DNA from: Geminicoccaceae bacterium
Lineage (GTDB): Bacteria > Pseudomonadota > Alphaproteobacteria > Geminicoccales > Geminicoccaceae
Reading direction: 5' to 3'
Assembly: GCA_046349355.1 (NCBI GenBank)
Contig: JAXMCM010000014.1
Span: 190,461 to 254,460 of the forward strand
DNA length: 64,000 nucleotides
The notes under the pieces were generated by a model. It was not told where the DNA came from. It saw only the letters and a program-made list of their open reading frames with translations, and ran no database searches. The translations under genes and the position numbers were made by a program. This document shows, one piece after another, positions 20,204-32,254 of this stretch; within the stretch, counting starts at the first letter, position 1, and each line of letters starts with the position of its first letter.

Positions 20204-21268
20204 TCACGCGCGAGGGGGCTTCGGCCCCCTCGTTGCGTTCAGGGCCCCGGCCGCGACGCCGATCCCGAGGCCCAGCGCCACGCCGGCGAGGTTGACCAGC
20301 GCATCGGCGACATCGTCACCGCCGAGACCGCCCGGGATCCCCTGCATGACCTCGCTGCCGGCGGCGAGCGCGGCGAGCACCCCGGCCACAGGCAGCAGGC
20401 CGCGCCGTTCCCGCGCCCGGCGCCACGCCAGGGCCAGCAACGCGAACCCGGCCAGATGCAGCAGCCGGTCAAGCGTGTCGTAGGACAGCAGCCCACCTGC
20501 GGCCTCCTGCGCCAGCCGCAGCGCCGGCACGGCCAGCTCGGCCTGCAGCAGGTTGAGCGCGATCCCGGCGGCGATGATGCCGACGACGGCGATCGCCGCT
20601 GGTCGGCTCGTCGCGCCGGTCACGAACCGGACGGCGGCGACGACGAGGACGAGGCTCCACAAGGCGCCGAGAAGCCGCGCGACGGCGGTGAAGGCCGGCC
20701 GTGCCACGACCGGGCTTACCGACAGCGCGGAGACCCGCATCGTTCCCGACACCCGGTCAAGGCGCGCCATGAAGGTGGCACCGACAGCGCCGTCGGCCAG
20801 GACGATGACGGTATCCCGCTCGCTTGCCGGCCACGTTCCGGTGGCGCGGAACAGATCCGTCGGCCGGTTGAAGTCGGGGCGACCGTTCGGCCGCTGGCCG
20901 ACCAGCATCACCCGGGCCGCATGCCAGGCTTCCGGATGCTCGCCTTGCACGATGGCGTCGGTCTCGACCCTGGCGCGCAGGCGGAACGCCCGGCGCTCGC
21001 CGATGTCGATGGTCTGACTGACGACGACCGAACGTTCCGGCGCCGGCGACACCAGCGTCGCCGTCCCCTCGCCCAGCTCGATCTGTCCCCTGCCCGGCCG
21101 CACCGCCCAGCCGGCCGCGTCGTCGGCGAGTCCGGGATTGCGGAGCAGCTCGCCGCCGGCCGGCAGCCAGCGCTCCATGGCGCCCCAGACCCACAGGCTG
21201 GCCGCCACCAGCACCACCAGGACGGCGATGCCGAAGGGACGGCGCCGCCACGCCGGTCTGGCCGTCAT
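20204..21268 (-). CDS. Membrane protein with N-terminal anchor, extracytoplasmic domain and VanZ-like C-terminal TM domain
   Basis: 354 aa. N-terminal TM (FGIAVLVVLVAASLWVW), a soluble region of about 170 aa, then 4 TM with LHLAGFALLA ... EVMQ ... DDVADALVNLAGV resembling VanZ. Confidence 0.6.
   Translation of the reverse strand: MTARPAWRRRPFGIAVLVVLVAASLWVWGAMERWLPAGGELLRNPGLADDAAGWAVRPGRGQIELGEGTATLVSPAPERSVVVSQTIDIGERRAFRLRARVETDAIVQGEHPEAWHAARVMLVGQRPNGRPDFNRPTDLFRATGTWPASERDTVIVLADGAVGATFMARLDRVSGTMRVSALSVSPVVARPAFTAVARLLGALWSLVLVVAAVRFVTGATSRPAAIAVVGIIAAGIALNLLQAELAVPALRLAQEAAGGLLSYDTLDRLLHLAGFALLALAWRRARERRGLLPVAGVLAALAAGSEVMQGIPGGLGGDDVADALVNLAGVALGLGIGVAAGALNATRGPKPPRA
20211..20232. 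terminator. GC-rich hairpin between convergent coxM and the VanZ-like gene (putative bidirectional terminator)
   Basis: cgagggggc-ttcg-gccccctcg is a perfect 9-bp stem with a 4-nt loop, 26 nt after the coxM stop. It overlaps the last codons of the minus-strand ORF. Confidence 0.5.
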
Positions 21269-21387
21269 GCGCGGGGCGCACTGGTAGGATGCGTCACGTC
21301 CGCCAGTTTGTACCCGTCCGCCTACCTGCTACAACCCGCCCGCCCGTCCGCCGCCCCGGCGGGCCCGTACCCGAGCCAAGGGTCCCG

Positions 21388-22308
21388 ATGAGCACGCCCG
21401 TCCCCGCCTCGATCGACGACACCGTCGCCCTGCTGCGCACCGGCAGCTACGTGCCGAACCGGCCGCTCGCGACCGCCCTGTTCCTCGCCCTGAAGCTCGG
21501 CCGCCCGTTGTTCCTCGAGGGCGAGGCCGGCGTCGGCAAGACCGAGATCGCCAAGGTCCTGTCCGAGACGCTGGGCCGCAAGCTCGTCCGGTTGCAGTGC
21601 TACGAGGGTCTCGATGTCGCCTCGGCCGTCTACGAGTGGAACTACCAGCGGCAGATGCTGGAGATCCGCCTCGCCGAGGCCGAGGGGACGACCGATCGCG
21701 AAGGCCTGAGCCAGGACATCTTCAACGAGCGCTTCCTGATCCGCCGGCCGCTGCTGCAGGCCCTCGAGGCCGACTTCGCCGGCGCGCCGGTGCTGCTCAT
21801 CGACGAGCTCGACCGCACCGACGAGCCGTTCGAGGCCTACCTGCTCGAGGTCCTTTCCGACTTCCAGATCACCATTCCCGAGATCGGCACGGTCAAGGCC
21901 GAGCAGCCGCCGATCGTCATCATCACCAGCAACCGCACCCGCGAGATCCACGACGCGCTGAAGCGGCGCTGCTTCTATCACTGGGTCGACTACCCCTCGG
22001 CCGAGCGCGAGCTCGAGATCATCCGGGTCAAGGTGCCGGGCGTCGAGGACCGCCTGTCGCGGCAGATCGTGAGCTTCATCCACGAGCTGCGGACCAAGGA
22101 CCTGTTCAAGCTGCCCGGCGTCGCCGAGACGCTCGACTGGACGCGCGCGCTGAACACGCTGGACTGCCTCGAGCTGACCCCCGAGGTCATCAACGACACG
22201 CTGGGCACCCTGCTGAAGTACCAGGACGACATCGCCAAGATCCAGGGTTCGGAAGCCGCCAAGATCCTGGCCGAGGTCAACATGCGGCTGAGCACGGCGC
22301 GGCACTGA
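21388..22308 (+). CDS. MoxR family AAA+ ATPase (CoxD-like)
   Basis: Start MSTPVPASIDD at ATG 21388; 306 aa. Walker A GEAGVGKT, Walker B LLIDELDR, SNRTREIHDALKRRC. Confidence 0.9.
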   Translation: MSTPVPASIDDTVALLRTGSYVPNRPLATALFLALKLGRPLFLEGEAGVGKTEIAKVLSETLGRKLVRLQCYEGLDVASAVYEWNYQRQMLEIRLAEAEGTTDREGLSQDIFNERFLIRRPLLQALEADFAGAPVLLIDELDRTDEPFEAYLLEVLSDFQITIPEIGTVKAEQPPIVIITSNRTREIHDALKRRCFYHWVDYPSAERELEIIRVKVPGVEDRLSRQIVSFIHELRTKDLFKLPGVAETLDWTRALNTLDCLELTPEVINDTLGTLLKYQDDIAKIQGSEAAKILAEVNMRLSTARH

Positions 22309-22309
22309 G

Positions 22310-23569
22310 ATGGACACCGAGACGGCCCCTCCCGGCGGCCGCTTCGCCCGCAACGTCATGCACTTCGCCCGCGCGCTCCGCGCCGCGGGCATGCCGGTGG
22401 GCCCCGGCCGGGTCCTCGAGGCCCTGCGCGCACTGGACGCCGTCGGCATCAGCAGCCGCGCCGACCTCTACTGGACGCTGTTCTCGGTGTTCGTGAACCG
22501 CCGTGACCAGCGCGAGCTGTTCGACCAGGCCTTCCACATCTTCTGGCGCGATCCGCAGATCCTCGAGCGGATGATGCACCTGATGCTGCCGCAGCTGCAG
22601 GCGGACAACCCGCCGGAGCCCGAGCACCAGGCCAACCGCCGCGTCGCCGACGCGCTGGGGCCGGAGAAGAAGGCCGGCAAGGGCGAGAACGAGAACGACG
22701 ACGAGCCCGAGGAGAAGATCGAGCTCGACATGGTGATGACCTGGTCGCAGCGCGAGCAGCTGCAGACCAAGGACTTCGAGCAGATGACCGCCGCCGAGAT
22801 CGAGGCGGCCAAGCGCGAGATCCAGCGCCTGCGCTTGCCGATCATGCAGGTGGCGACCCGCCGATTCCGCCGCGATCCGCAAGGCCCGCGCATCGACATG
22901 CGCCGCACCTTGCGCCAGTCGCTGCGCGGCGGCGGCGCCTCGATCGACGTTGCCCGCAAGCAGCGCATCCACCGCCATCCGCCGCTCGTGATCCTGTGCG
23001 ACATCTCCGGCTCGATGAGCCGCTACTCGCGGATGCTGCTGCAGTTCATGCATGCGGTGACCAACGACCGCGACCGCGTCTTCAGCTTCCTGTTCGGCAC
23101 CCGGCTGACCAACGTCACCCGCTACCTGCGCCACCGCGACGTCGACCTGGCGCTCGAGGGCATCGGCCAGGCCGTGGTCGACTGGTCGGGCGGCACCCGG
23201 ATCGGCCACTGCCTCGAGGAGTTCAACCGGGTCTGGTCGCGCCGCGTGCTCGGCCAGGGTGCGGTCGTCATCCTCATCAGCGACGGCCTCGATCGCGACG
23301 CCGGCACCGGCCTCGCGGTCCAGATGGAACGGCTGCACAAGAGCTGCCGCCGGCTGATCTGGCTGAACCCGCTGTTGCGCTTCGATGCCTATGCGCCCAT
23401 CTCGACGGGGGCGAGGGCCATGATCCGCCATGTCGACGACCTGCGCACAGTGCACAACCTGTCCAGCCTGCGCGAGCTGACCGACGTGCTGAGCCAGGAG
23501 CGGATGCGGCGGGCGGAAGGCCTCACCGAGTGGATCGCGGCCGCGCAGACCGGGAGAGCAGCAGCATGA
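22310..23569 (+). CDS. VWA domain protein (CoxE-like)
   Basis: 419 aa. MIDAS motif LCDISGSM. Lies immediately after the MoxR ATPase, 1-nt gap. Confidence 0.85.
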   Translation: MDTETAPPGGRFARNVMHFARALRAAGMPVGPGRVLEALRALDAVGISSRADLYWTLFSVFVNRRDQRELFDQAFHIFWRDPQILERMMHLMLPQLQADNPPEPEHQANRRVADALGPEKKAGKGENENDDEPEEKIELDMVMTWSQREQLQTKDFEQMTAAEIEAAKREIQRLRLPIMQVATRRFRRDPQGPRIDMRRTLRQSLRGGGASIDVARKQRIHRHPPLVILCDISGSMSRYSRMLLQFMHAVTNDRDRVFSFLFGTRLTNVTRYLRHRDVDLALEGIGQAVVDWSGGTRIGHCLEEFNRVWSRRVLGQGAVVILISDGLDRDAGTGLAVQMERLHKSCRRLIWLNPLLRFDAYAPISTGARAMIRHVDDLRTVHNLSSLRELTDVLSQERMRRAEGLTEWIAAAQTGRAAA

Positions 23570-23886
23570 GCACCGACGACACGCTTCTCGACACGGCCGC
23601 CGCCTGGAAGGCCGAGGGCCGCAAGGTGGCGATCGCCACCGTCGTGCAGACCTGGGGCTCGTCGCCGCGGCCGGCTGGCAGCCAGCTCCTGATCGACGAC
23701 CGCGGCAACATGCTGGGCTCGGTCTCCGGCGGCTGCATCGAGGGAGCCGTCGTCAAGGAGGCCAACGCGATCATGGACGGGGCTGAACCCCGCCTGCTCG
23801 AGTTCGGCGTCTCCAACGAGCAGGCCTGGGAAGTCGGGCTCGCCTGCGGCGGCCGCGTCCAGGTCTATGTCGAGGCGCTGAGTTGA
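23566..23886 (+). CDS. XdhC/CoxI family protein, N-terminal-domain-only polypeptide
   Basis: 106 aa: ATVVQTWGSSPRPAGSQLLIDDRGNMLGSVSGGCIE. ATGA overlap with the coxE-like stop. Confidence 0.8.
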   Translation: MSTDDTLLDTAAAWKAEGRKVAIATVVQTWGSSPRPAGSQLLIDDRGNMLGSVSGGCIEGAVVKEANAIMDGAEPRLLEFGVSNEQAWEVGLACGGRVQVYVEALS

Positions 23887-24578
23887 ACGCCGAGCTTCTG
23901 GCGCTGCTGAACGAGGCCCGCGCCGCCAAGCGGCGGGCCTGCCACGTCCGTTTCATGGCGACCGACGAGCAGGCGCTCGTCATCGACGGCCAGGTCGCCG
24001 CCGGCGTCGCCCTCTCGGCCGAGGAGATGGCCGCCGTCGAGGACGCGCATCGCCGCGACAGCAGCGGCGTGTTCGAGTCCGGCCGCGGCCCGGCCTTCCT
24101 GCAGGTGTTCAACCCGCCGCTGCGGCTGGTCGTCGTCGGCGCCGTCCACATCGCCCAGGCGCTGGCGCCGATGGCGGCGCTCGCCGGCTATGCCGTCACC
24201 ATCATCGATCCGCGCCGCGCCTTCGCCAGCGGCGAGCGCTTTCCCGGCGTCGAGCTGGTCAACGACTGGCCCGACGAGGCGATGGAAGCCGTGGCACCGG
24301 ACCGCCGTACCGCCGTGGTCACGCTGACGCACGATCCCAAGATCGACGATCCGGCGCTCGACGCCGCCCTGCGCACCGACTGCTTCTACATCGCCGCCCT
24401 GGGCAGCAAGCGGACCCATGCCGGCCGCGTCGAGCGTCTGAAGGCGCTCGGACACTCCGGCGACGCGATCGCCCGGATCCACGGTCCGGCAGGCCTCGAC
24501 ATCGGCGCCGTCTCGCCGGCCGAGATCGCGCTTTCCGTCCTCGCCCAGATGACCGCGGTGCTGCGCCACCGCGCCTGA
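23883..24578 (+). CDS. XdhC/CoxI family protein, Rossmann-like C-terminal-domain polypeptide
   Basis: 231 aa: RLVVVGAVHIAQALAPMAALAGYAVTIIDPR, LTHDPKIDDPAL, IAALGSKRTH. TTG start in a TTGA overlap with the preceding stop. Confidence 0.8.
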   Translation: MNAELLALLNEARAAKRRACHVRFMATDEQALVIDGQVAAGVALSAEEMAAVEDAHRRDSSGVFESGRGPAFLQVFNPPLRLVVVGAVHIAQALAPMAALAGYAVTIIDPRRAFASGERFPGVELVNDWPDEAMEAVAPDRRTAVVTLTHDPKIDDPALDAALRTDCFYIAALGSKRTHAGRVERLKALGHSGDAIARIHGPAGLDIGAVSPAEIALSVLAQMTAVLRHRA

Positions 24579-24635
24579 TCCGGGAACCGCTCCGCCACGC
24601 CGGCGTTGAGCCGCCGGCGAAGCGCGGAGCAGGAC

Positions 24636-26410
24636 GTGACCGGCGAGCAGGCGATCGTCTTCTCCATCCTCGGCGTCGCGCTCGTCCTCTTCGTCTGGGA
24701 ACGCCTCCGCTACGACCTCGTCGCCCTGCTGGCCCTGCTGGCCAGCGTCATCCTCGGCGTGGTGCCGGCCGACGAGGCCTTCTCCGGCTTCGCCGACCCG
24801 CCGTCATCACCGTGGCCGCGGTCCTCGTCATCAGCCGGGCCATCCGCAACTCGGGCCTGATCGAGCGGCTCCTGCGGCCCCTCGACCCGTGGCTCCGGCG
24901 CATCGACCTGCAGGTCCTGGCGCTGGGGCCTCGTCGCCCTGTTCTCGTCCTTCATGAACAATGTCGGCGCCCTCGCCGTCTTTCTGCCGGCAGCGCTGGA
25001 GGTCTCGCGCCGGCATGGCACGCCCGCCTCGGCGGTGCTGATGCCGATGGCGTTCGCCTCGCTGCTCGGCGGCCTGATCACGCTGATCGGCACGCCGCCC
25101 AACATCCTGATCTCGGCCGTCCGCCGCGACACCGTGGGCGAGCCGTTCAGCATGTTCGACTTCGCGCCGATCGGCCTGCCGCTGACCCTGGCGGGGCTGG
25201 CGCTGCTCACCGTGATCTGGCGCCTGCTGCCTTCGACCGGCCGCGGCGCTGCCGCCGACGAGCCGTTCCGCATCGACGACTATCTCTCGGAGGTGACCCT
25301 GCCGGACACCTCTTCGATGGTCGGGCGCACCGTCGGCGAGCTGGAAAGCCAGACCGAGGGCACGTTCCGCGTGCTGGCGCTGCAGCGGCCCAATGGCCGC
25401 CGGGCGGTGCCGACGCGTGCCTGGGTGCTGCGGGGTGGCGACCGTCTGCAGCTCGAGACCGAGCCCAGGGCGCTGGAGCAGGCCGTCGCCGAGTACGGCC
25501 TCGAGCTCGCCGGCAGCAAGGAGCTGCCGCTGGCACCGGGCGAGCGTGCCGAGATCGGCGTGCTCGAGGCCATCGTCGGCGGCGAGTCGCCGCTGGTCGG
25601 CCGGACGCCGGCCGAGCTCGGCCTGCGCGAGCGCTACGGCGTCAACCTGCTGGCCGTCAGCCGCCGCGGCTCCCGGCCGGTGACCCAGCTCAAGGGCTTC
25701 CTCTTCCAGACCGGCGACGTGCTGATGCTCCAGGGAGCGTCCGAGCGCATGCGCGAGCAGCTTCGGGCCTCGGCGCGCTACCGCTCGAGGGTCGCGATCT
25801 GCGGGTCGGTGCGAGGCGCGTGGTCTGGCTGCCGGTGGTCGCCATGGTGGCGGCTGTCGCGGCGACGAGCCTCGACCTGCTGCCGCCCTCGGTCGCCTTC
25901 ATGGCAGCGGTGGCGGCGCTGCTGCTGGGCGGCGCCCTCCGCCTCGACGAGGCCTACGAGTCCGTGACCTGGCCGGTGATCGTCCTGCTCGGGGCACTCA
26001 TCCCGGTGAGCGGCGCGATGCAGACCTCCGGCGGCACCGACCTGCTGGCCGGTCTGCTGGGCCAGGCGACCGAGGGCCTCGCCCCGATCCTCGCCCTCGG
26101 CCTCGTCATGCTCGCCACCATGCTGGTGACGCCTGTCCTCAACAACGCCGCCACCGTGCTGCTGATGGCGCCGATCGCCGCCGGCTATGCCAAGGGCATC
26201 GGCCTCGCCGTCGATCCGTTCCTGATGGCCGTCGCCGTCGGCGCGTCCAGCGATTTCCTGACGCCGATCGGCCACCAGTCGAATACCCTCGTCATGGGCC
26301 CGGGCGGCTACCGCTTCGCCGACTACCCGCGCCTCGGCCTGCCGCTGTCGCTTCTGGTGCTCGTGCTGGGGACGCTGCTGATCTCCTGGGTCTGGCCCCT
26401 GCACCCGTGA
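24636..26410 (+). pseudogene. DASS/SLC13-type anion permease with two central TrkA-C (RCK-C) domains, frame broken at three sites
   Basis: ORFs 24606..24860, 24954..25967 and the two ends of 24812..26410 tile one transporter. Junction about 24800: GFADP/AVITVAAVLVISRAI. Junction about 24925-24931: LQVLALG/..LVALFSSFMNNVGAL. Junction about 25767: REQLR/GLGALPLEGRDL. GTG 24636 follows GGAG; TTG 24606 is an alternative start. Confidence 0.75.
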
Positions 26411-26497
26411 GAACGGGACGCAGCCACGACCGGTGGGCCCTCCCGCTGGGCCCGTCGCAGCGCTATATCCGGTCGGCTATCTCGCGGAGGTGAGCCC

Positions 26498-28104
26498 GTG
26501 CGGTTCGGCACCCTGCCGGTCGACCAGGCGGAAGGCGCGATCCTCGCCCATTCCGCCCGCAGCAACGGCGTCCTGTTCAAGAAGGGCCGCAAGCTCTCGG
26601 CCGAGGACATTGCCGCGCTGCGCGCCGCCGGGGCCGCCACCGTCATCGGGGCGCTGCTGGAGGCCGACGACGTCGCCGAGGACCGCGCCGCCGAGGAACT
26701 GGCCATCGCCATCGCCGGTCCCGCCGTGCGCGTCGCCGAGGCCTTCACCGGCCGCGTGAACCTGTTCGCCGAAACCCACGGCGTCCTCGTCCTCGACACC
26801 GACCGCATCGACCGGCTCAACGCGCACGACGAGGCGGTCACGATCGCCACCCTGCCCGCCTTCGCCGTGGTCGAGCCGGGACAGATGCTGGCTACGGTGA
26901 AGATCATCCCCTTCGCCGTCCGGCGGAACACCCTCGACGCTTGCCTGCGGATCGTCGGCGCCGAGAGCCTGCTCCGCGTCGCCGCGTTCCGTCCGATGGC
27001 GGCGCGCCTGATCCAGACGCGGCTTTCCGGCACCTCGGCCAAGATGCTCGACAAGACCGTCGAGGTGACGCGGGCTCGGCTCGAGTCGCTGGGCGGCCGC
27101 CTGCTCGGCGAGACCCGTTGCGAGCACGAGCCGGCGGCGCTGGAGCAGGCCATCCGCAACGCCGGTCCCGCCGACATCCTGCTCATCGCCGGCGCCTCGG
27201 CGATCACCGACCGGCGCGACGTGCTGCCCGCCTCGATCGAGGCGGCGGGCGGCCGCGTGCACCAGTTCGGCATGCCGGTCGACCCGGGCAACCTCCTGCT
27301 GCTGGCCGAGCTCGGCGGCAAGCCGGTGCTGGGCCTGCCCGGCTGCGCCCGTTCGCCCAAGCTCAACGGCTTCGACTGGGTCCTGCAGCGCCTCGCCGCC
27401 GGCATCGAGGTCACGCCGGCCGATGTCCGCCGCATGGGTGTCGGCGGCCTGCTCATGGAGATCCCGACCCGCCCGCAGCCGCGCGAGACCAGGCCCACGG
27501 CTCCCCGGGCCCCGCGCATCGGCGCCATCGTGCTGGCGGCCGGCCGCTCGAGCCGCATGGTCGACCGCAACAAGCTCTTCATCGAGGTCGACGGCCGGGC
27601 GATGCTCCGGCACGCGGTCGATGCCGCCCTCGGCTCGCATCTGAGCCCGGTGGTCGTCGTCACCGGCCACCAGCGCGAGCAGGCCGAGGCGACGGTCGCC
27701 GGCCTGCCGGTGACGGTCGTTCACAACCCCGACTATGCCGAGGGCCTTAGCACCTCGCTGCGCACCGGCCTCGATGCGCTTGGCGACGGCGTCGATGCGG
27801 TCGTCGTCTGCCTCGGCGACATGCCGCGGATCACCGCCCGCCACCTCGGCCGCCTCGCCGCCGCCTACAACCCGGTCGAGGGCCGTGCCCTGGTCGTGCC
27901 GACCCGGCGCGGCAAGCGCGGCAACCCGGTCCTGTGGGACCGCCGCTTCTTCGCCGCCATGCGCACCCTCGCCGGCGACGTCGGCGCGCGCCATCTCATC
28001 GGCGAGCACGCCGACGTGCTGGTCGAGGTCGAGATGGACGACGACGCGCCGCTGCTCGACGTCGACACGCCGGAAGCCCTGGCCGCCCTGGAGACAACCG
28101 GCGC

Positions 28105-28108
<4 letters not shown>
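26498..28108 (+). CDS. Molybdopterin-binding domain protein fused to a MobA-like nucleotidyltransferase (MocA-type Mo-cofactor cytidylyltransferase)
   Basis: 536 aa. The N-terminal ~330 aa carry a MoeA/CinA-like MPT-binding block (ILLIAGASAITDRRDV ... LPGCARSPKLNG). The C-terminal ~200 aa have IVLAAGRSSRM ... CLGDMP. GTG start after GGAGG. Confidence 0.8.
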
Positions 28109-29318
<1,210 letters not shown>

Positions 29319-29382
29319 CGTGCCCTTTCGCATAGTCCCGGGCTGGCGGTGACCGCATGCTGACAGCCATGGTCAGCGCAGG

Positions 29383-30401
29383 ATGGTTCCGATGAGGCCA
29401 ATGCCGGTCGTTCTCGAACTCGGGCCGAAGCTTCCGGATCAGAAGAAGCACTGGCGCAAGAACCTGTCGGCCATCGCCGCCGACCGCCGGCACCTGTTTC
29501 TGGCCGACGACGAGAACACGACCATCCTTCGCCTCGAGCGCACCGGCGAAGGCCGGTGGGAGCGTGACGGCCTGCTTGCCCTGTCCGAGCTTGTGCCCGA
29601 TCTTCCCGGCGGCCCCGACGGCGAGCCGGACATCGAGGGCCTCGACGTATCCGGCGGCCGACTTTGGCTTGTCGGCTCGCACAGCCGCGCCCGCCGCAAG
29701 CCGGACGAGGACGCCGGTGTCGTGGCGCAACTCGACCGGCTGCGGGAAATCCGCGACGACCCGAACCGCCACCTCCTCGGCCATGTCGGGCTCGACGGCC
29801 TCGACGGTGTCTTCCTGCCGATGCGCGAGGGCCAGGACGCCTGCTCGACAGGGTCGACATGGACCCCTATCTCGGACCCTTCGTCGGCGTCCCTGCCAAG
29901 GAGAACGGCTTCGACATCGAGGGGCTGGCCGTGGCGCCCGACGGTCGGGTTTTCCTCGGACTGCGCGGGCCGGTACTGCGCGGCTGGGCGGTCATCCTCG
30001 ACCTGAGCCTCGCCCGCCACGGCGCGACCTCGCTCGCGTTCGCGAGGACACCCGCCTATCGCCGCCATTTCCTCGATCTCGCCGGGCTCGGGGTGCGCGA
30101 CCTCCTCTGGCACGGCAGCGATCTGGTGATCCTTGCCGGCCCGACGATGGACCTCGACGGTCCGGTCCATATCCTGCGCTGGCGCGACGCCCTGTCGGCC
30201 GAGGCGGACTCGGTGGTCGGCGCCGGACCGCGGATCGAGACAATCCTCGAGGTGCCTTACGGCAGGGGCTGCGATCATGCCGAAGGCATCGCGCTGGTCG
30301 ACGACGGGCGGCTGCTGGTCGTCTATGATCTGCCTTGTGACCTGCGCCTCGACGGCGGCAAGACGAGCATTGTCGCCGACCTGTTCGACCTGCGGCTGTA
30401 G
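29383..30401 (+). pseudogene. DUF3616-like protein, frame broken once
   Basis: ORFs 29383..30006 and 29664..30401 join near 29838 (...VFLPMREGQD/RLLDRVDMDPYLGPFVGVPAKENGFDIEGLAV). The family call is from memory of DUF3616 blocks (DIEGL repeated), so it is moderate. Confidence 0.6.
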
Positions 30402-30419
30402 CCTTTCCCGGATCGAGGG

Positions 30420-30827
30420 ATGACCGACGCCATCTACAACGAGACCATCGTCCGCACCGCCCGCGACCGCTCGCATGCCGGCCGCCTCGACGGTGCCGAC
30501 CGCAGCGTCACCCGTGACAATCCGCTGTGCGGCGACCGGGTCACCCTTGACCTGAAGCTCGCCGCCGAAGCCGTGGCCGAGGCTCGCCACAAGACCCGCG
30601 GCTGCCTGCTCACCGAGGCTGCGGCGACCCTCGTGGCGGCGCGTGCCGAGGGGCTGGACCCGGCCAAGGCGGCGGCGCTCGTTACCGCCGTCCGCGCCTT
30701 CCTCGCCGGCGACGCACCGCCGCCATGGCCGGAGCTCGCGATGTTCGAGCCGGTCAGGGCGGTGCGCAGCCGTCACGAGTGCGTCCTCCTGCCGTTCGAG
30801 ACGCTGGCCGAGGCGCTGCAGGGCTAG
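30420..30827 (+). CDS. SufU/IscU-like Fe-S or sulfur-acceptor scaffold protein
   Basis: 135 aa with three conserved Cys contexts: NPLCGD, TRGCLL, HECVLLP. Confidence 0.7.
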   Translation: MTDAIYNETIVRTARDRSHAGRLDGADRSVTRDNPLCGDRVTLDLKLAAEAVAEARHKTRGCLLTEAAATLVAARAEGLDPAKAAALVTAVRAFLAGDAPPPWPELAMFEPVRAVRSRHECVLLPFETLAEALQG

Positions 30828-30842
30828 GCGCCGGACCGCCGC

Positions 30843-32254
30843 TCACGCCGTGAAGAAGATGAAGTCCCACTGGGTCAGGTCGACTTCCCCCTCGAGCTGG
30901 ACCTCGAGCTCGGCGCCGCTGGTGCCGGTCGTGTTGACCCGGACGATGGTGTCCCCGTTGGCATAGGCGAAGCGGACCTGGCCTTCGGCGGTGAACGAGT
31001 CCCGGCCGATGAAGGCAAAGGTCTGCCACCCTGCCGTCGAGGAGCTGGCGTCGAACTGGAACTGCAGCCGATCGTCGCCGCCGCCGGAGAAGTCGGTGAC
31101 GATGTCGCGATGCCCCGCCCCGACTCCGAGGCCGAGGTCCCGTCGAAGGCGAAGAAGTCGTCGGACGCGTCGCCGCCGGTCAGGACGTCGACCCCGTCGC
31201 CACCACGGATCATGTCGCTGCCGGCACCGCCGTCGATGGTGTCGTCCTGACCCTCGCCGCACAGGAAGTCCTCGCCGCCGCTGCCGCTGATGCTGTCGTC
31301 GCCGTCGCTGGCGAAGACCGTGTCGCCGCTGGCGGAGCCGGTGATCGAATCGTCGAACCAGGACCCGAACACGCCTTCGATGCTGGCGAATGTGTCCCCC
31401 GCCGCCTCGCCGCCCGTGCCGCCGACGCCGAGCTCGACGGTCACCGCTGCACTCGCCAGCAGGTAGGTCGCGTAGTCGGTCCCGGAGCCGCCGAAGAGCT
31501 TGTCGGCACCTTCGCCGCCGGCGAGGAAGTCGATGAAGCCCGACCCGCCATAGAGGGTATCGTCCCCGGCTCCGCCGCTCAGGTGGTCATCGTCGGCACC
31601 GCCGGCGACGATGTCGTTGCCCCACGCTCCGTTGATGAGGTCGTTGCCGCCACCACCGCTGAGGCTGTTGGCACCGTTGCTGCCGTTGATGCTGTCCTCG
31701 GCCGCCGATCCGGTGACGTTCTCGATTCCGCTGAGGAGGTCACCCGCGGCATCGCCCGTCGAGCCCGCACCCTGCACCAGGTCCAGCTTCACGCCCGAAC
31801 CCGACGTGGCGTAGCTGACCGCATCGATCCCGTCCCCGCCGTACAGCCTGTCGGCGCCAGCGCCGCCGACCAGCAGGTCGTTGCCCTTGTTGCCGGCGAT
31901 GGTGTTGTCGCCAGCATCGCCGATCAGCGTGTCGGCATAGGCCGAACCGCTGAGGTTCTCGATCGACACCAGCAGGTCGCCGGCCGCGTCGCCGGCTTGG
32001 CCCTGCCCGGAAAGCAGGTCGACCGTCACGCCGGCCGCGGCGTCGAGATAGCTGGCGACATCCCGCCCGGAGCCGCCGCTCAGCAGGTCCGCGCCGCTGC
32101 CGCCGGCCAGGTAGTCGTCCTCGGTGCCGCCGTAGAGGAAGTCGACGCCACCCCGGCCGAACAGCAGGTCGGCACCGCCCTTGCCATAGATGGTCTCGCC
32201 GGCCCCGGTGCCGTTGAGCAGGTTGCCGTCGTCGTCGCCATTGATCGTGGGCAT
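30843..32254 (-). pseudogene. RTX (hemolysin-type calcium-binding repeat) secreted protein, frame broken once
   Basis: ORF 30875..32254 has many GGxGxD nonapeptide repeats (GGSGADLLSGGSGRD, GGAGADRLYGGDGID, GGAGSDMIRGGDGVD). Near 31139-31141 it continues in ORF 30843..31262 (DLGLGVGAGHRDIVTDFSGGGDDRLQF ... DLTQWDFIFFTA). No N-terminal signal peptide, consistent with a T1SS substrate. Confidence 0.8.

Noticed and set aside
21388-23569. MoxR ATPase plus VWA protein as an independent or unknown (for example defence-like) two-gene system
   Set aside because: The position directly after coxSLM and before xdhC/mocA matches the known CoxD/CoxE maturation pair.
24925-24931. The DASS permease as two separate genes (an N-terminal fragment and a TrkA-C protein)
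   Set aside because: The pieces tile a single canonical permease / 2x TrkA-C / permease architecture with continuous sequence across each junction once the frame is adjusted.
30875-32254. RTX region as a DNA-level tandem repeat or mobile repeat element
   Set aside because: The repeats are degenerate at the nucleotide level. They correspond to protein nonapeptide and module repeats within one coding frame.
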